Part shown: in pieces, positions 12,389-23,347 of the stretch
Layout of the letters: each line of letters opens with the position of its first letter
Position numbering within the stretch: the first letter of the stretch is position 1
Origin: Bryobacterales bacterium
GTDB lineage: Bacteria; Acidobacteriota; Terriglobia; Bryobacterales; UBA6623
Assembly (NCBI GenBank): GCA_963422375.2
Contig: OY729428.2
Span: forward strand, 3,264,001 to 3,328,000
Length of the DNA: 64,000 nucleotides
Reading direction: 5' to 3'
Position numbers and translations under genes: made by a program
The notes under the pieces: generated by a model
Told to the model about the DNA's origin: nothing
Database searches by the model: none
Seen by the model: the letters and a program-made list of their open reading frames with translations, nothing else

Positions 12389-15300
12389 TTAGAACGTCAC
12401 GCGCAGGCCCAACTGCATGAACCGGCCGTCGCGCGTGCCGGTGACCCAGCCGAAGTTCGTGCCGAGAACGTCGAGAAGGTGGTGTTGATGTTCTTGAACT
12501 GCGTGTGGTTGAACACGTTGTACATTTCTGCGCGCACCTCGACGTTCCACCGCTCCGTCGCGCTGAACGTCTTGGCCAGGTTGAGGTTCCAGTTGTTCAG
12601 CCCGGGGCCGCGCACCAAGCCGGGGCCGGCGTTGCCCTTCACGTCGATGCCGGGGTCGGCGAAAGCGCTGACGTCGAAGAAGCGATTCGGGCTGCGCTCG
12701 CCGCGCGGCAAGTTCGGGTCGCCGACGCGATTGGGCAGGTTCGGCTCGAAGTCGCGGGCCGATGTCTGGTCGTTGAAGACCGTCCAGGTGTTGCCCGACT
12801 CGAAGGTGGTGATCACGCTGGTGCGCCAGCCGTGCAGCAGCGCCTTCGGAATCGCCGGCAGGGCCTTGCCCCACTCCGGCTGCCACACCACGGCACTGAC
12901 GAAGCGGTGCGGATGCGAGTATTCCGCCTCGCCGCGCCCCAGATGGCGGTTGTAGTCCCACTGCAGCGCCGCGCCGACCGTGCGCCACAGCTCCAGGTAC
13001 TCCGCGGCGAACAGAACCGGATCCGTGACCGTCTTCGACCACGTGTAGTGCGTGGTGAATTGCAGGCCGTGGTTGAAGCGCCGCTCGAGCTTGATCGTGC
13101 CGGCGTTGTAGAACGAGTTGTTGCCGTGCCGGATGACGCGCATGTCGCGGAAGCGCCCGATCGAGTTCGGACGGAACTGGTCGACGAAGTCCGCATCGTC
13201 TGGCCAGCCGGTGCGGTACGGCGGTGCGTTCACCGCCTCGCGGTACGGCAGCTTCGTTCCGCGGGCGCCCTGGTAGGACAGCGACAGCACCATGTCCTGA
13301 CCGAGGCTCTTCTGGATGTCGATCATCCACCGCTGGTAGTACGGATCGACTTGGGACTGCTGGTCGATCAAGTGGCACTCGCCGGTGCAGCTGTACGGCA
13401 ACTCGTAGTAGCCCGTGCCCGTGCCCGTGCTCACCGGGAAGTTGCCCAGCACCAAGTCCCTGCTGGGATTGAAGATGTCCCCGAAGGTCAGCACCGGCTG
13501 GTCGTCGGGGACGCCCAGCGCTGAGTTGCTCACTGCCTGGCCTCCGGCCTCCGGCACGTTGCCCGTCGTCCGGGCGCGCAACTCGCTGATCCCGCCTTGG
13601 TAGAACAGCCCGTAGCTGGCGCGGACCACGAAGCCCGGCTGGATCCGGTACGAGACGCCGACCCGCGGCCCCAGGTTGTTCTTGTCCGACGAGAGCGCCT
13701 TGCGCGGCCAGCCGTCCGCGCGACCGGGAACCACTAGTTGCCACCCCGGATAGCTCTGGTCAAGGATCGCGCAGCAGTAGTCGCTCGGAGAGTAGGTCGG
13801 GATGATGGTGTCCCAGCGCAGGCCCAGGTTCAGGGTCAGCTTGGGAGAGACTTGCCACTTGTCGGCGATATAGGCGCCCCACACGTCGTTCCACGCCGTC
13901 CGCCAAGGCTCCTCGCCGCCGAAAGTGAACGGACTCCGGATGCTGCTGGGAAGGCCCAGCATCCAGGAGGCCATGCTGTCGCCGCCCAGCGAGGAATCGA
14001 TGCTGCCGGCCCTGGTGAACTGCTCGGTAAAGCCCACCGAGCGACCGCCAAGGCCAAGGACCCGCTCGCCCTTGCTGATGTAGCTGAAGCCGAACTTGAT
14101 GGAGTGGGCGCCCTTGAGCCAGCTGGCGTTGTTGCCGAACTGCAGCCCGGGGTTGTCGAAGATGGTCACCCCGCCGATGCCGTGGTCGCTATATCCGCTG
14201 CCGACATTGATGCTGTGAACGCCGAAGTCCGCGGCGCCAGGGGCGCCGATATTTCTGAAGTAGCGGTTGCGCGGGGAGTCGGGCTGCGCCAGCTTGTCCA
14301 GCGTCCCCTGGTCGACGCTCTTCAGCCCCGGCCGGGTCCAGCCGAACACGAAGTCGTTCGTCAGCGTGGGCGTGAACACGCGCGCGTAGCTCGCCGAGAT
14401 GACGTACGAGGAGTCCTCGACATTGCGATCCAGGTCCGGGAACAGTCCGCCGCGGTTATCGTCCAGGCCCAGCGATTCGGAGTAGGCGACGTAGACGTTG
14501 TCGTTGTCGGTGATGCGGTAGTCGAAGCGCGAGTCGATGCGCCAGTTATAGTTGGTCCGCTTGGAGATCACCCTGTGGTTGCGCAGGTCGTCCGGGTTGT
14601 TGGGGTTCGAGAAACCGTTGGACTGCGGGTAGATGTCGTTGATCTGCGCGAGCGCGTCCTGATTGATCATGCCGGTCGTGCGCAGGTCGTTGTTCACCAC
14701 CCGGTCCCTGATGCTATTGCCGTCCGCGTCGAAGCGGGTCGTGAACGGGTTGTACAGCAGCACGTTGGGATCGTTCGGGAAGCGGTTGACCAAGCCGCTG
14801 TAGTCGCCCTGCCGCTCCTCCGCCGTCGGCACGCGGAACAGGTTGCTGCCGCCGAACGAGCCGGAGTCCACGCTGCCGCTGTTGTTGTCGAAGCCCTCGT
14901 AGCCGACGAAGAAGAACGCCCGGTTGCGTCCGTTGAACACGCCCGGCAGCACGACAGGGCCGCCGATGTTGCCGCCGAACTGATTGCGCTGCAGCTTGTC
15001 CTTGCGCTGGCCCGGCTCCGACTCGGCCTTGGTGAACGGATCCCAGGCGTTCAGGGCCTCGTTCGAGAGGTACTCGAAGAAGCCACCGTGGAACTCGTTG
15101 GTGCCCGATTTGGTCACCACGTTGGTCGTCGAGATGTCGCGACCGCTGGCGGCCGAGAAGTTCGCCGTGTCGACCTTGACCTCAGTGACGTTCTCCATCG
15201 AAGGCGAATACTGCGTTCCGCCGAGCCACGAGTCGTTGATGTTGACGCCGTTCATGTACAGGCCGTTGTCGCCGCCGCCGCCGACCTGGATGGCGATGCC

Positions 15301-15855
15301 CCCGACGGTATGGTGCGAACCCACCGACCAGGTGGCGTTGGCCGCGCCCGAGCGCGGGAAGGAACTGACGTTCGGGGCCAGCGTCGAGAAGGCCAGGAAG
15401 TTGCGCCCCAGAGCGGGAAGCGCTTCGACGAGGGTCTCGTCCACGACCTGTCCCACCACCGTCTCCTCGGTCTGGATCAGCGGCGCCGCCGTGGTCACTT
15501 CCACGGTCTCGGTCACTTCGCCGACCTGCAGGGCCATGTCCACGCGAACGTTGTCGTTGGTCGAGATCACGATGAGGTCGGACACGCCGGTCTTGAAGCC
15601 CTCGCGCTCGACCTCGACTTGGTAGGTGCTGGCCACGATGTTGCGAAACGAGTACAGGCCTCCGTCGTTCGTCGTGCCGACGTAGGTCTGATTGCGGGCC
15701 ACGTCGGTCAGCGTGACCGAGGCGCCGACGAGAACCGCGCCCGTGCTGTCGGTCACGAGCCCGCTGATGGTGCCGCGCAGCAGGATCTGCGCCGCGCCGA
15801 GGGGAACCAATACCAAGGAAAAGATCGCCATTGCGGCGAATCTCCGAAAAGTCAT
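12389..15855 (-). CDS. TonB-dependent receptor (carboxypeptidase-regulatory-like N-domain, Oar type); -1 frameshift at ~12465 near the C-terminus
   Basis: RBS GAGGAGG, signal peptide, GTISGLVTDSTGAV, TKSGTNEFHG, NQFGGNIGGP and LTLNLGLRWD motifs. The terminal beta-strand RFMQLGLRVTF lies in a shifted frame ending at TAA 12389. Confidence 0.88.
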
Positions 15856-15923
15856 GTCAGCACCTCCTCGGGCCGAGTCAAGGGCGAGGCCCCTAGATGT
15901 GAGGGACTCCCGTGGCGCCAAAT

Positions 15924-15953
15924 ACCTTAACCCGTGCGGATGGCCTCTGTCAA
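15924..15953 (-). promoter_or_regulatory. Putative sigma70 promoter of the TonB receptor
   Basis: TTGACA-18 nt-TAAGGT on the minus strand. Confidence 0.5.
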
Positions 15954-16015
15954 CTGCCATCTGGTGTCCGGCGCCCTACGGCGAGACAAGGCGGCCTGCC
16001 ACCAGCCGCGGCGCG

Positions 16016-16044
16016 TTGACACGCCTCGGGGGCGTTGGTAGGAT
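16016..16044 (+). promoter_or_regulatory. Putative sigma70 promoter of the second PSD1/DUF1501 pair (divergent from the TonB receptor)
   Basis: TTGACA-17 nt-TAGGAT with extended TG. Confidence 0.6.
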
Positions 16045-16071
16045 CGGCGCAGTTCGGCTGCGCGCCAGGCA

Positions 16072-18993
16072 ATGGCGGCAGGCCGCCCGCGCATGCGTCC
16101 GCTGGCCCCTCTATCTCTTGTCGTCGTGCTTCTGTCGGGCGCCGCCGCGGCTCGTGCAGGAAAGGCACCGACCTTCCAACAGGATATCCTGCCCATTTTC
16201 GAGGCCCATTGCTTGGCTTGCCACGGCGCGGAAGCGCCGCAGCAGGACCTCGACCTTCGCAACGTGGGGGCGATGCTCGAGGGCGGCGCGTCGGGGCCAG
16301 CCATCGAGGTCGGATCCTCGGCCGAGAGCCTGCTCGTTGCGCGCGTCGCCGCCGGCACCATGCCTCCCGGGGACGGCGCCTTGGCCGAGGGCGACATCGC
16401 ATTGATCCGGCAATGGATCGATGAGGGCGTCGCGCGCGAGGCGGACGAGCTCGGAATAGCGCTGGTCACCGAGCGCGACGCGCTGCCCATTTTCCAAGCC
16501 CGTTGCGTGGTGTGCCACGGCAACCGCGAGCAACGCGGCGGCTTGGACTTGCGGACGCAGGAGGCCCGGCTGGTCGGCGGCGACTCCGGGCCCGCGCTGG
16601 TGCCCGGCAAGCCCGACGAGAGCCTGATCATCCGCAGGGTCGAGGCTGGGGAGATGCCGCCGCCGGACATGCAGTACGACTACGCGGTGCGGAACCCTAC
16701 CGATGCGGAAGTGGCGACCCTCCGACGCTGGGTGGCGCTCGGCGCGCGGCCCGCGCCGGCCAGGGAACCGTCGCCGAAGGGTGCCTCTGCACGGCAGCAA
16801 GAGGGCAGCGACCACTGGGCATTCCGGCCTCCTGTGCGCCCGGCGGTTCCCGATGTCGCCCACCAGTCGCTCGTGGCGAATCCCATCGACGCCTTCTTGC
16901 TGCGGCGGCTGGAAGGCGAAGGTCTGGCCTACTCCGACGAGGCGGAGCCGCTGGCATTGCTGCGCCGGGCCTACCTCGACCTGACCGGCATGCCTCCCTT
17001 GCCGGAAGTGGTCGAGCGCTACCTCGACGACGATCCCGCGACCCGCTACGAGCGCCTCATCGACCGCTTGCTCGACGCGCCGGAATACGGCGAGCGGTGG
17101 GCCCGGCACTGGCTGGACGTGGCCGGCTACATCGACACGGAGGGCTACGGCGAGTACGCGCCGGAGCGCAAGAACGCCTGGCGCTACCGCGACTACGTCA
17201 TCCGGGCATTCAATCAGGACAAGCCGTTCGACGAATTTCTCACCGAGCAGGTCGCCGGCGACGAGCTGGCCCCGTGGAGGGACCGGGAGATGACGCCCGA
17301 CCTGGTCGAGCGCCTGGCGGCCACCGGCTTCCTGCGCACGGCTCCCGACCCGACCTGGGAGATCGAGTTCGCGTTCCTGGGCGAGCGCATGAACATCATC
17401 GCGGACGAGGTGCATATCCTCGGGTCCGGCGTGCTGGGCCTGACCGTCGGCTGCGCCCGCTGCCACGACCACAAGTACGACCCGATCTCGCAGCGCGACT
17501 ACTACGCCCTGGCGGCGATCCTGCAAGCGGCCTACGACCCCTACGAGTGGCTGCAGCCGAAGGATCGCGAGCTGGACATCGGCGTGGAGAGCGAGAAGCG
17601 GGAGATCGCGAAGGCCAACGCTCCCCTGCAAGAGAAGATCGAGCGCCTCGAGGCCGCGCTGGAGAAGGCCGCGGCTCCCTACCGCAAGCAGCTGCTCGAG
17701 GAACGCCTGGAGCGGCTGCCCAAGACGGTGCGCGCGGACTTGCGTGCGCTGGCCGACACGCCCGAGGAGGAGCGAACCGAGGTACAGCGCTACTTGGCGA
17801 AGCAGTTCAAGGGGACATTGGAGGTCTCCCTGTACGTGCTCGGCGAGAGCTTCGAGCCCTTCAAGCAGGCAGCCGAGGAACTCAAGGAGCAGATCGCGGA
17901 ACTCAAGGGCCAACTCGAGCCCGAGCCGGGGGTTCGCGCGCTCGTGGACTTGGAGGGCGAGCCGCCCATCAGTTACGTGCTGCTGCGCGGGGACGCGATG
18001 AGTCCGGGCTCTCCGGTGGAGCCGGGCGTGCCCGCGGCGGCGAGCGGCGGCATCGCCCCTTACGAGGTGCTTCCTCCCTGGCCCGACGCCGACAGCAGCG
18101 GGCGGCGCCTCGCCCTGGCGCGCTGGCTGACCCAGCCAGGGCATCCGCTGACGGCCCGCGTGATGGTGAACCGCATGTGGATGCGCCACTTCGGGCGGGG
18201 CCTGGTGTCCACGCCGGACAATTTCGGGCGCGAAGGCGAGCCGCCGTCGCATCCGGAACTGCTGGACTGGCTGGCTACCGAATTCGTGCGCAGCGGCTGG
18301 AGCGTCAAGCACATGCAGCGCCTGATGACTACCTCCACCGCGTACCGCCAGGCCTCGCGCAAGGGCGGGTCCGCCCCGGACGCAGATCCCGGCAATATCC
18401 TGCTCGCACGCATGCCGCTGCGGCGGATGGACGCCGAGCAGCTCCACGATTCCATGCTGCGCGCCGGGGGGCGGCTCGACCCGGCCCGGTACGGACCGCC
18501 CGAGCCGCTGGAGGTCAAGGACACCGGGGAGGCGCTCGCCGAAGGCTCGCCAAGCGGGTACCGCCGCAGCATCTACACGCTGCAGCGGCCGCGCACGCCG
18601 ATCACGCTGCTGGAAGCCTTCGACTTCCCGCAGATGACGCCGAATTGCATCGTGCGCGGCCAGTCCAACGTCCCCACCCAGGCGCTGCAGTTGATGAACA
18701 GCGAATGGGCCTGGGAGCTGGCGCGCCACATGGCCGGCCGGGTCATCGACGGCGCGGGCGCCGACGCGCGGGCGCAGCTCGACGCCGCCTACCTGCGCGC
18801 CCTGTCGCGCCTGCCGACGGAAGCCGAGGCGAGCGACTCCCTGGCGGTCTTGGACGAGCTGTCCGGCCACTGGTCGGAGCGGCTGCGCGGCGACGGGCGC
18901 GACGCGCCCGTCGCCCAGACCGCGCGCTGGCTGGCCCTCGCGAACCTGTCCCACACCCTGCTGAACTCCGCCGAGTTCGCGTTCATCGACTGA
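16072..18993 (+). CDS. PSD1/planctomycete cytochrome c protein with two N-terminal cytochrome c domains (DUF1549/DUF1553)
   Basis: CLACH, CVVCH and CARCHDHKYDPI; YGERWARHWLD; PSHPELLDWLA. Alternative start at ATG 16093. Confidence 0.92.
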   Translation: MAAGRPRMRPLAPLSLVVVLLSGAAAARAGKAPTFQQDILPIFEAHCLACHGAEAPQQDLDLRNVGAMLEGGASGPAIEVGSSAESLLVARVAAGTMPPGDGALAEGDIALIRQWIDEGVAREADELGIALVTERDALPIFQARCVVCHGNREQRGGLDLRTQEARLVGGDSGPALVPGKPDESLIIRRVEAGEMPPPDMQYDYAVRNPTDAEVATLRRWVALGARPAPAREPSPKGASARQQEGSDHWAFRPPVRPAVPDVAHQSLVANPIDAFLLRRLEGEGLAYSDEAEPLALLRRAYLDLTGMPPLPEVVERYLDDDPATRYERLIDRLLDAPEYGERWARHWLDVAGYIDTEGYGEYAPERKNAWRYRDYVIRAFNQDKPFDEFLTEQVAGDELAPWRDREMTPDLVERLAATGFLRTAPDPTWEIEFAFLGERMNIIADEVHILGSGVLGLTVGCARCHDHKYDPISQRDYYALAAILQAAYDPYEWLQPKDRELDIGVESEKREIAKANAPLQEKIERLEAALEKAAAPYRKQLLEERLERLPKTVRADLRALADTPEEERTEVQRYLAKQFKGTLEVSLYVLGESFEPFKQAAEELKEQIAELKGQLEPEPGVRALVDLEGEPPISYVLLRGDAMSPGSPVEPGVPAAASGGIAPYEVLPPWPDADSSGRRLALARWLTQPGHPLTARVMVNRMWMRHFGRGLVSTPDNFGREGEPPSHPELLDWLATEFVRSGWSVKHMQRLMTTSTAYRQASRKGGSAPDADPGNILLARMPLRRMDAEQLHDSMLRAGGRLDPARYGPPEPLEVKDTGEALAEGSPSGYRRSIYTLQRPRTPITLLEAFDFPQMTPNCIVRGQSNVPTQALQLMNSEWAWELARHMAGRVIDGAGADARAQLDAAYLRALSRLPTEAEASDSLAVLDELSGHWSERLRGDGRDAPVAQTARWLALANLSHTLLNSAEFAFID

Positions 18994-19002
18994 GGCCGGA
19001 CG

Positions 19003-20493
19003 ATGCCGCAGAGAACATCCCCTACCTACTCGCGGCCCGCAGGGGGTCGCTCGGCGCTCACGCGCCGCGACCTGTTCGCGCGCGTCAGCGACGGCCTGCA
19101 CGGGGCCGGCCTGGCCTACCTGCTGGGCGCCGACCTGCTGTCGCCCTCCGCGGCGCGCGCCGCCGGCGCGGAGTCGGCCGCCTTCGACCTGTCGCCGAAG
19201 CAGCCGCATTTCGCGCCCCGCGCCAAGGCGGTGATCCAGCTGTTCATGAACGGCGGTCCCAGCCAGGTCGACCTGTTCGATCCCAAGCCGGCGCTGGCCA
19301 AGTACGTCGGCAAGACGCCCAGCCGCGACCTCACCGCCGTGGCGGTCAGCCCGCAGCAGAACGCGGGCATCCTGCCGTCGCCGTACAACTTCGCCAAGCA
19401 CGGCCAGTCCGGACTCGACTTCTCCGAGCTGCTGCCGCACACCGCCCGGCACGCCGACGACATCGCGCTGATCCGCTCGCTGCGCACGGACACGCCCAAC
19501 CACGAGCCCGCGCTGAACATGATCCACACCGGCCGGCTGCTCGGCAGCCGCCCGACGATGGGCGCGTGGATCGCCTACGGCCTGGGCAGCGAGAACCGCA
19601 ACCTGCCGGCCTACGTGGTGCTGGACGATCCCAAGGGCCTGCCCATCAGCGGCATCCACAACTGGCGCGCGGGCTGGCTGCCGCCCGTTTGCCAGGGCAC
19701 GCGCTTCCGCTCCGAAGGCTCGCCCGTGCTGAATCTCGACCCGCGACCGGAGTGGCCGGGCGCGGTGCTGGAGATCGAGCGTCGCCTCCTGCGCCGGCTG
19801 GACCGGGCGCACCTCGAGCGACGCCCCGGCGAGCCGGATCTCGCCGCGCGCATCGCCAGCTACGAGCTGGCGGCGCGCATGCAGGTCGAGGCCAGCGACG
19901 CGCTGGACCTGGCGCAGGAAAGCGAGCAGACCAAGCAGGAATATGGCCTGGATCACGAGCCGACGCGTTCCTACGGCACGCGCTGCCTGATGGCGCGCCG
20001 CCTCGTCGAGCGCGGAGTGCGCTTCGTGCAGCTCTACATCGAGGAGCAAATCTGGGACGCCCACACGCAGCTGGACAAGAGCTTGCGCTACTCCTGCGAG
20101 AAGACCGACCGGCCCACGGCGGCCCTGCTGGCGGACCTCAAGCGGCGCGGCCTGCTCGACAGCACGCTGGTGGTCTGGGGCGGGGAGTTCGGACGGCTGC
20201 CTCTGGGGCAGGGCGACGCGACCGACACGACGCGGCTAGGCCGCGATCACGGCCCCAACGGCTTCTCGCTGTGGCTGGCCGGCGGCGGGGCGAAGGGCGG
20301 CACCGTCTACGGCGCGACCGACGAGCTGGGCAACCACGCCGTCGAGAACCCGGTCAGCGTGCATGACCTGCACGCCACCGTGCTGCACCTGCTGGGCATG
20401 AGCGCACGCGATCTGGTGTACCGTCGCCACGGCCTGGACGAGCGGCTCACGGACCAGTTTCCGGCCCGCGTGATCGAAGAGCTGATCGCGTAA
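19003..20493 (+). CDS. DUF1501 family protein (Tat signal)
   Basis: TRRDLF Tat motif, FMNGGPSQVDLFDPKP, CLMARRLVERGVRFVQ, GGEFGR and HDLHAT. Confidence 0.92.
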   Translation: MPQRTSPTYSRPAGGRSALTRRDLFARVSDGLHGAGLAYLLGADLLSPSAARAAGAESAAFDLSPKQPHFAPRAKAVIQLFMNGGPSQVDLFDPKPALAKYVGKTPSRDLTAVAVSPQQNAGILPSPYNFAKHGQSGLDFSELLPHTARHADDIALIRSLRTDTPNHEPALNMIHTGRLLGSRPTMGAWIAYGLGSENRNLPAYVVLDDPKGLPISGIHNWRAGWLPPVCQGTRFRSEGSPVLNLDPRPEWPGAVLEIERRLLRRLDRAHLERRPGEPDLAARIASYELAARMQVEASDALDLAQESEQTKQEYGLDHEPTRSYGTRCLMARRLVERGVRFVQLYIEEQIWDAHTQLDKSLRYSCEKTDRPTAALLADLKRRGLLDSTLVVWGGEFGRLPLGQGDATDTTRLGRDHGPNGFSLWLAGGGAKGGTVYGATDELGNHAVENPVSVHDLHATVLHLLGMSARDLVYRRHGLDERLTDQFPARVIEELIA

Positions 20494-20532
20494 CGCCGGG
20501 GCGCCTGGCGGCGCCCCGGCCGCAGTTCAAGT

Positions 20533-21804
20533 TCAGAAGTCGGTCTGGACGACGTAGACGACTTCGCCGTCGCGCTTCTCCATCCGGCCGCCGTTCTCCA
20601 GGATCGCGTCCTTGGCGACGGCGGCGATGCGCTCGACAATCTCGCTGATCGGCGTCCGCAGCTGCAGCTCGTCGCGCGAGATGTTCACGTACTCGTCGTT
20701 GAAGGGCTTCGTCCACGGCCGCCGCTGCCACGCGGCGATGTCTATGGTCAGCTGCGTCGCGGCGCTGCCCATGCCGCTGAGGCCGTTGCGCACGCCGATC
20801 AGGCCGCCGGCGGTGGCGGCCTGGTTGTCGCAGTCGTACCCCGCCGAGGTGGCGATGCCGACGGTGCGCATGTAGTCGCCCTCGCCGTAGAGCACGGCCA
20901 TGATGCCGACCAGCCCGTTCACCAGCGAGGAGACCACGCTGACCGGAGCTTCGAAGTCGCCCTTCTTGTAGGCGTAGTACTTGTCGTGGATCTTCTGGCG
21001 AGTGACGCGCCAGTCGTCGTTCTCGCCGTGCCAACGCACCACGTCGCGCAGGCCCTCGGCAAAGGGGCCCTCGTCGGGCACCGCGGCCGCGCCGATCTCC
21101 ACCAGCTTCTCCACGTCCTGCTCGAAGAACGCCGCGCTGATCATCGCGCCGTAGGCGACGGTCGGGTGGGTGCCCCAGTCGTCGTTGGTAATGCGCGCTC
21201 CCCACTCCGCCCGCTGGGCGGCCTGGGCGGTCATGCCGGGGTAGAACGCGCTCCAGATCTCGTTGACCAGCTGCGGGTCGATCTGGAACCAGTGGCGGTT
21301 GTTCTCCTTGCGGCCGGTGTCGGGGGCCACCATGCCCTTCTCCATCAGGTCGCGCGCCTCGCGGTTGGCGACCCAGATGAAGTGATTGATGTGGGTCTTC
21401 CACATTTCGGTGATCTCGGCGTACGTGATATCGAGTCCGTACTTCTCGACGGCGTGCAGGGTGACGAACTCGATGTCGGTGTCGTCGTCGCTGAAGGCGC
21501 CGCCCAGCGAGCCGAGGAGGACCGGAACGTGGCCGCGACGGTCCCTGGTGTTGATCATGAGGGCCGGATCGCCGTCGTAGTCGGCGGTGTACACGCGGTC
21601 CACGAGAACCGGGACGGGCTCCTCGACATACTTGTTCTCGAACGGGAAGCCCATGTAGTTGCCCAGCAGCTGGCCGATCCAGAAGCCGGACACCTTATCA
21701 ATCAACTCGTCGTGGCTGATGCTCCGCTCCTCCGCGCGCAGTCCGCCGGACAAGGCCGACACTGCCAGCGCCACGATGGCGATCCATGGCGTTGCTCGTC
21801 GCAT
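20533..21804 (-). CDS. Secreted ADP-ribosylglycohydrolase (ARH/DraG-like) family protein
   Basis: Signal peptide; GQLLGNYMGFPFE, SDDDTDIE, IDPQLVNE and GYDCDNQAAT acidic metal-binding motifs. Confidence 0.8.
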   Translation of the reverse strand: MRRATPWIAIVALAVSALSGGLRAEERSISHDELIDKVSGFWIGQLLGNYMGFPFENKYVEEPVPVLVDRVYTADYDGDPALMINTRDRRGHVPVLLGSLGGAFSDDDTDIEFVTLHAVEKYGLDITYAEITEMWKTHINHFIWVANREARDLMEKGMVAPDTGRKENNRHWFQIDPQLVNEIWSAFYPGMTAQAAQRAEWGARITNDDWGTHPTVAYGAMISAAFFEQDVEKLVEIGAAAVPDEGPFAEGLRDVVRWHGENDDWRVTRQKIHDKYYAYKKGDFEAPVSVVSSLVNGLVGIMAVLYGEGDYMRTVGIATSAGYDCDNQAATAGGLIGVRNGLSGMGSAATQLTIDIAAWQRRPWTKPFNDEYVNISRDELQLRTPISEIVERIAAVAKDAILENGGRMEKRDGEVVYVVQTDF

Positions 21805-22305
21805 TCGATTGCTCTCCTCTGCTGGGCGGCGCTCCCTTGCAGCTTGCCCGGCCGACCTGCCGGCCCGGCCATCCTGTTTGTCGCGAGATGCTACGGATTT
21901 GCGCCTTGACTTGGACTATCAATGTACCAATCGAGGTGTCGCTGCATCGCTGCCCCGTGCGACGCACTCGCCGGAGATCAGATGCCAGCGGAAAGGGTCG
22001 GCGGGACCCCCGGGGGCTTTCCGATGCGCAACCCGACCGGTTTCCGGCGGCTATATCCGCGGCGGCCCGGCGTGGCCGCAGCTGCCTTGGAGGAGCAGTG
22101 CGCGGCGACCGAAGCTGCGCCCGCGATTGGGGGGGCGGAGGGAGGGCTCGGCTGGGAGATGCGGATCGACGAGCCGCCGAGCGAGTGGATGCGCCGGCGC
22201 ACCCTGTAGGGGCTCGGTCCCAGACTCGCAGTGGTCGTGCTACGGCGCCTCGCGGGCTCGTGGCGCGGTGCCGCTCGCAGTGCTCTCGCCCGCGGCGACG
22301 GCCAG

Positions 22306-23313
22306 CTACGACTCGACGGCCGCCAGGCGGTCGAACAGGTCGTTGAAGACCGCGTCCCGGTTGAGGTTGTTCGCTGCCCGGATGTTGTGGCGGCCGGCGG
22401 CGCTGTCCCAGCGCATGTCGTCCGTCAGCACAGGACTCGGCACGATCTCCGACGGCACCCACGCGGGTTCGATCAGCCACGCGATCGCCGAGATGTCCCA
22501 GATCACTTTCGAGTACGGATATCCTCGCGGCTTCCCTTTCGTCCGCACGGCGAAGTATTGCAGGAACTGGCCGTAGAGATAGTCCCCGATGCGCGACCGG
22601 CCGCGCATGTGCTCGCCCAGTTCCGGCACCGTCGTCCGCAAGTGCTCGGACACGTTCTTGGTCGGGATCTGCACCAGGGGCACTCCGCTGTCGAACAGCA
22701 CCTGCGACGCTGGCACGTCCTGCATCAAGTTGAACTCGCGCGCCGAGGGCCAGTAGTGCGTGGTCCCGCCCAGCCACACCACCACGATCCTGCTCTTGAC
22801 CCTGGGCTCCATCAGGATCGCGGAGGACACGTTCACCGGGCAGCCGATCGTCAGCACGTACAGCGGCTCGTCGGAGGGCTGCAGCGCCTTCTCGATCAGA
22901 TCCTTGGCGGCTGGACTCTCGACCGGCTTGCCCTTGCCCTCCATGAAGCGGCTCGATCCGCGAAACGCCGGCCGCCTCGTCGCATCGGGCAGGAAGTCCA
23001 GCAGCCGCAGAATCTCCTCGTAGCTCTTCTCCATGCCGATGGCTGCGCTCGCCGAGCGGTCGTTGACGAACGGCGCGGCGTAGATCGCCTCGACTGCCAT
23101 CCGCTCCGGCGACAGCAGGCTGTAGGCGACGGCGTACTGGTCGTCGATCTCGTTGTAGGTGTCCGTGTCGAGCACGACTCGGACACGCCCCGGCCCTGGG
23201 ATCGCCAGCAGGCGGTCGAGATCGACCGCCTGGGCCTGGGCGGAGGCCGCTAGCGTTCCGGCCGCCGCGGCGCCGAGGAAATTGCGGCGCGAAGTCGTTC
23301 CTGCGTGGGGCAT
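22306..23313 (-). CDS. Nucleoside hydrolase (IU-NH family), Tat-exported
   Basis: SRRNFL Tat motif; VLDTDTYNEIDDQYA, EFNL.QD and IWDI motifs. Confidence 0.87.
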   Translation of the reverse strand: MPHAGTTSRRNFLGAAAAGTLAASAQAQAVDLDRLLAIPGPGRVRVVLDTDTYNEIDDQYAVAYSLLSPERMAVEAIYAAPFVNDRSASAAIGMEKSYEEILRLLDFLPDATRRPAFRGSSRFMEGKGKPVESPAAKDLIEKALQPSDEPLYVLTIGCPVNVSSAILMEPRVKSRIVVVWLGGTTHYWPSAREFNLMQDVPASQVLFDSGVPLVQIPTKNVSEHLRTTVPELGEHMRGRSRIGDYLYGQFLQYFAVRTKGKPRGYPYSKVIWDISAIAWLIEPAWVPSEIVPSPVLTDDMRWDSAAGRHNIRAANNLNRDAVFNDLFDRLAAVES

Positions 23314-23347
23314 GATGTCTGGGATCCTCCTTGGCCTCGGTCGCGGC

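Noticed and set aside
16111..20366. Very long alternative ORFs (1317 aa minus strand, 1287 aa plus strand) and similar shadow ORFs across the window
   Set aside because: These are antisense or off-frame shadows of real genes in high-GC DNA, rich in Arg/Pro/Gly and without motifs.
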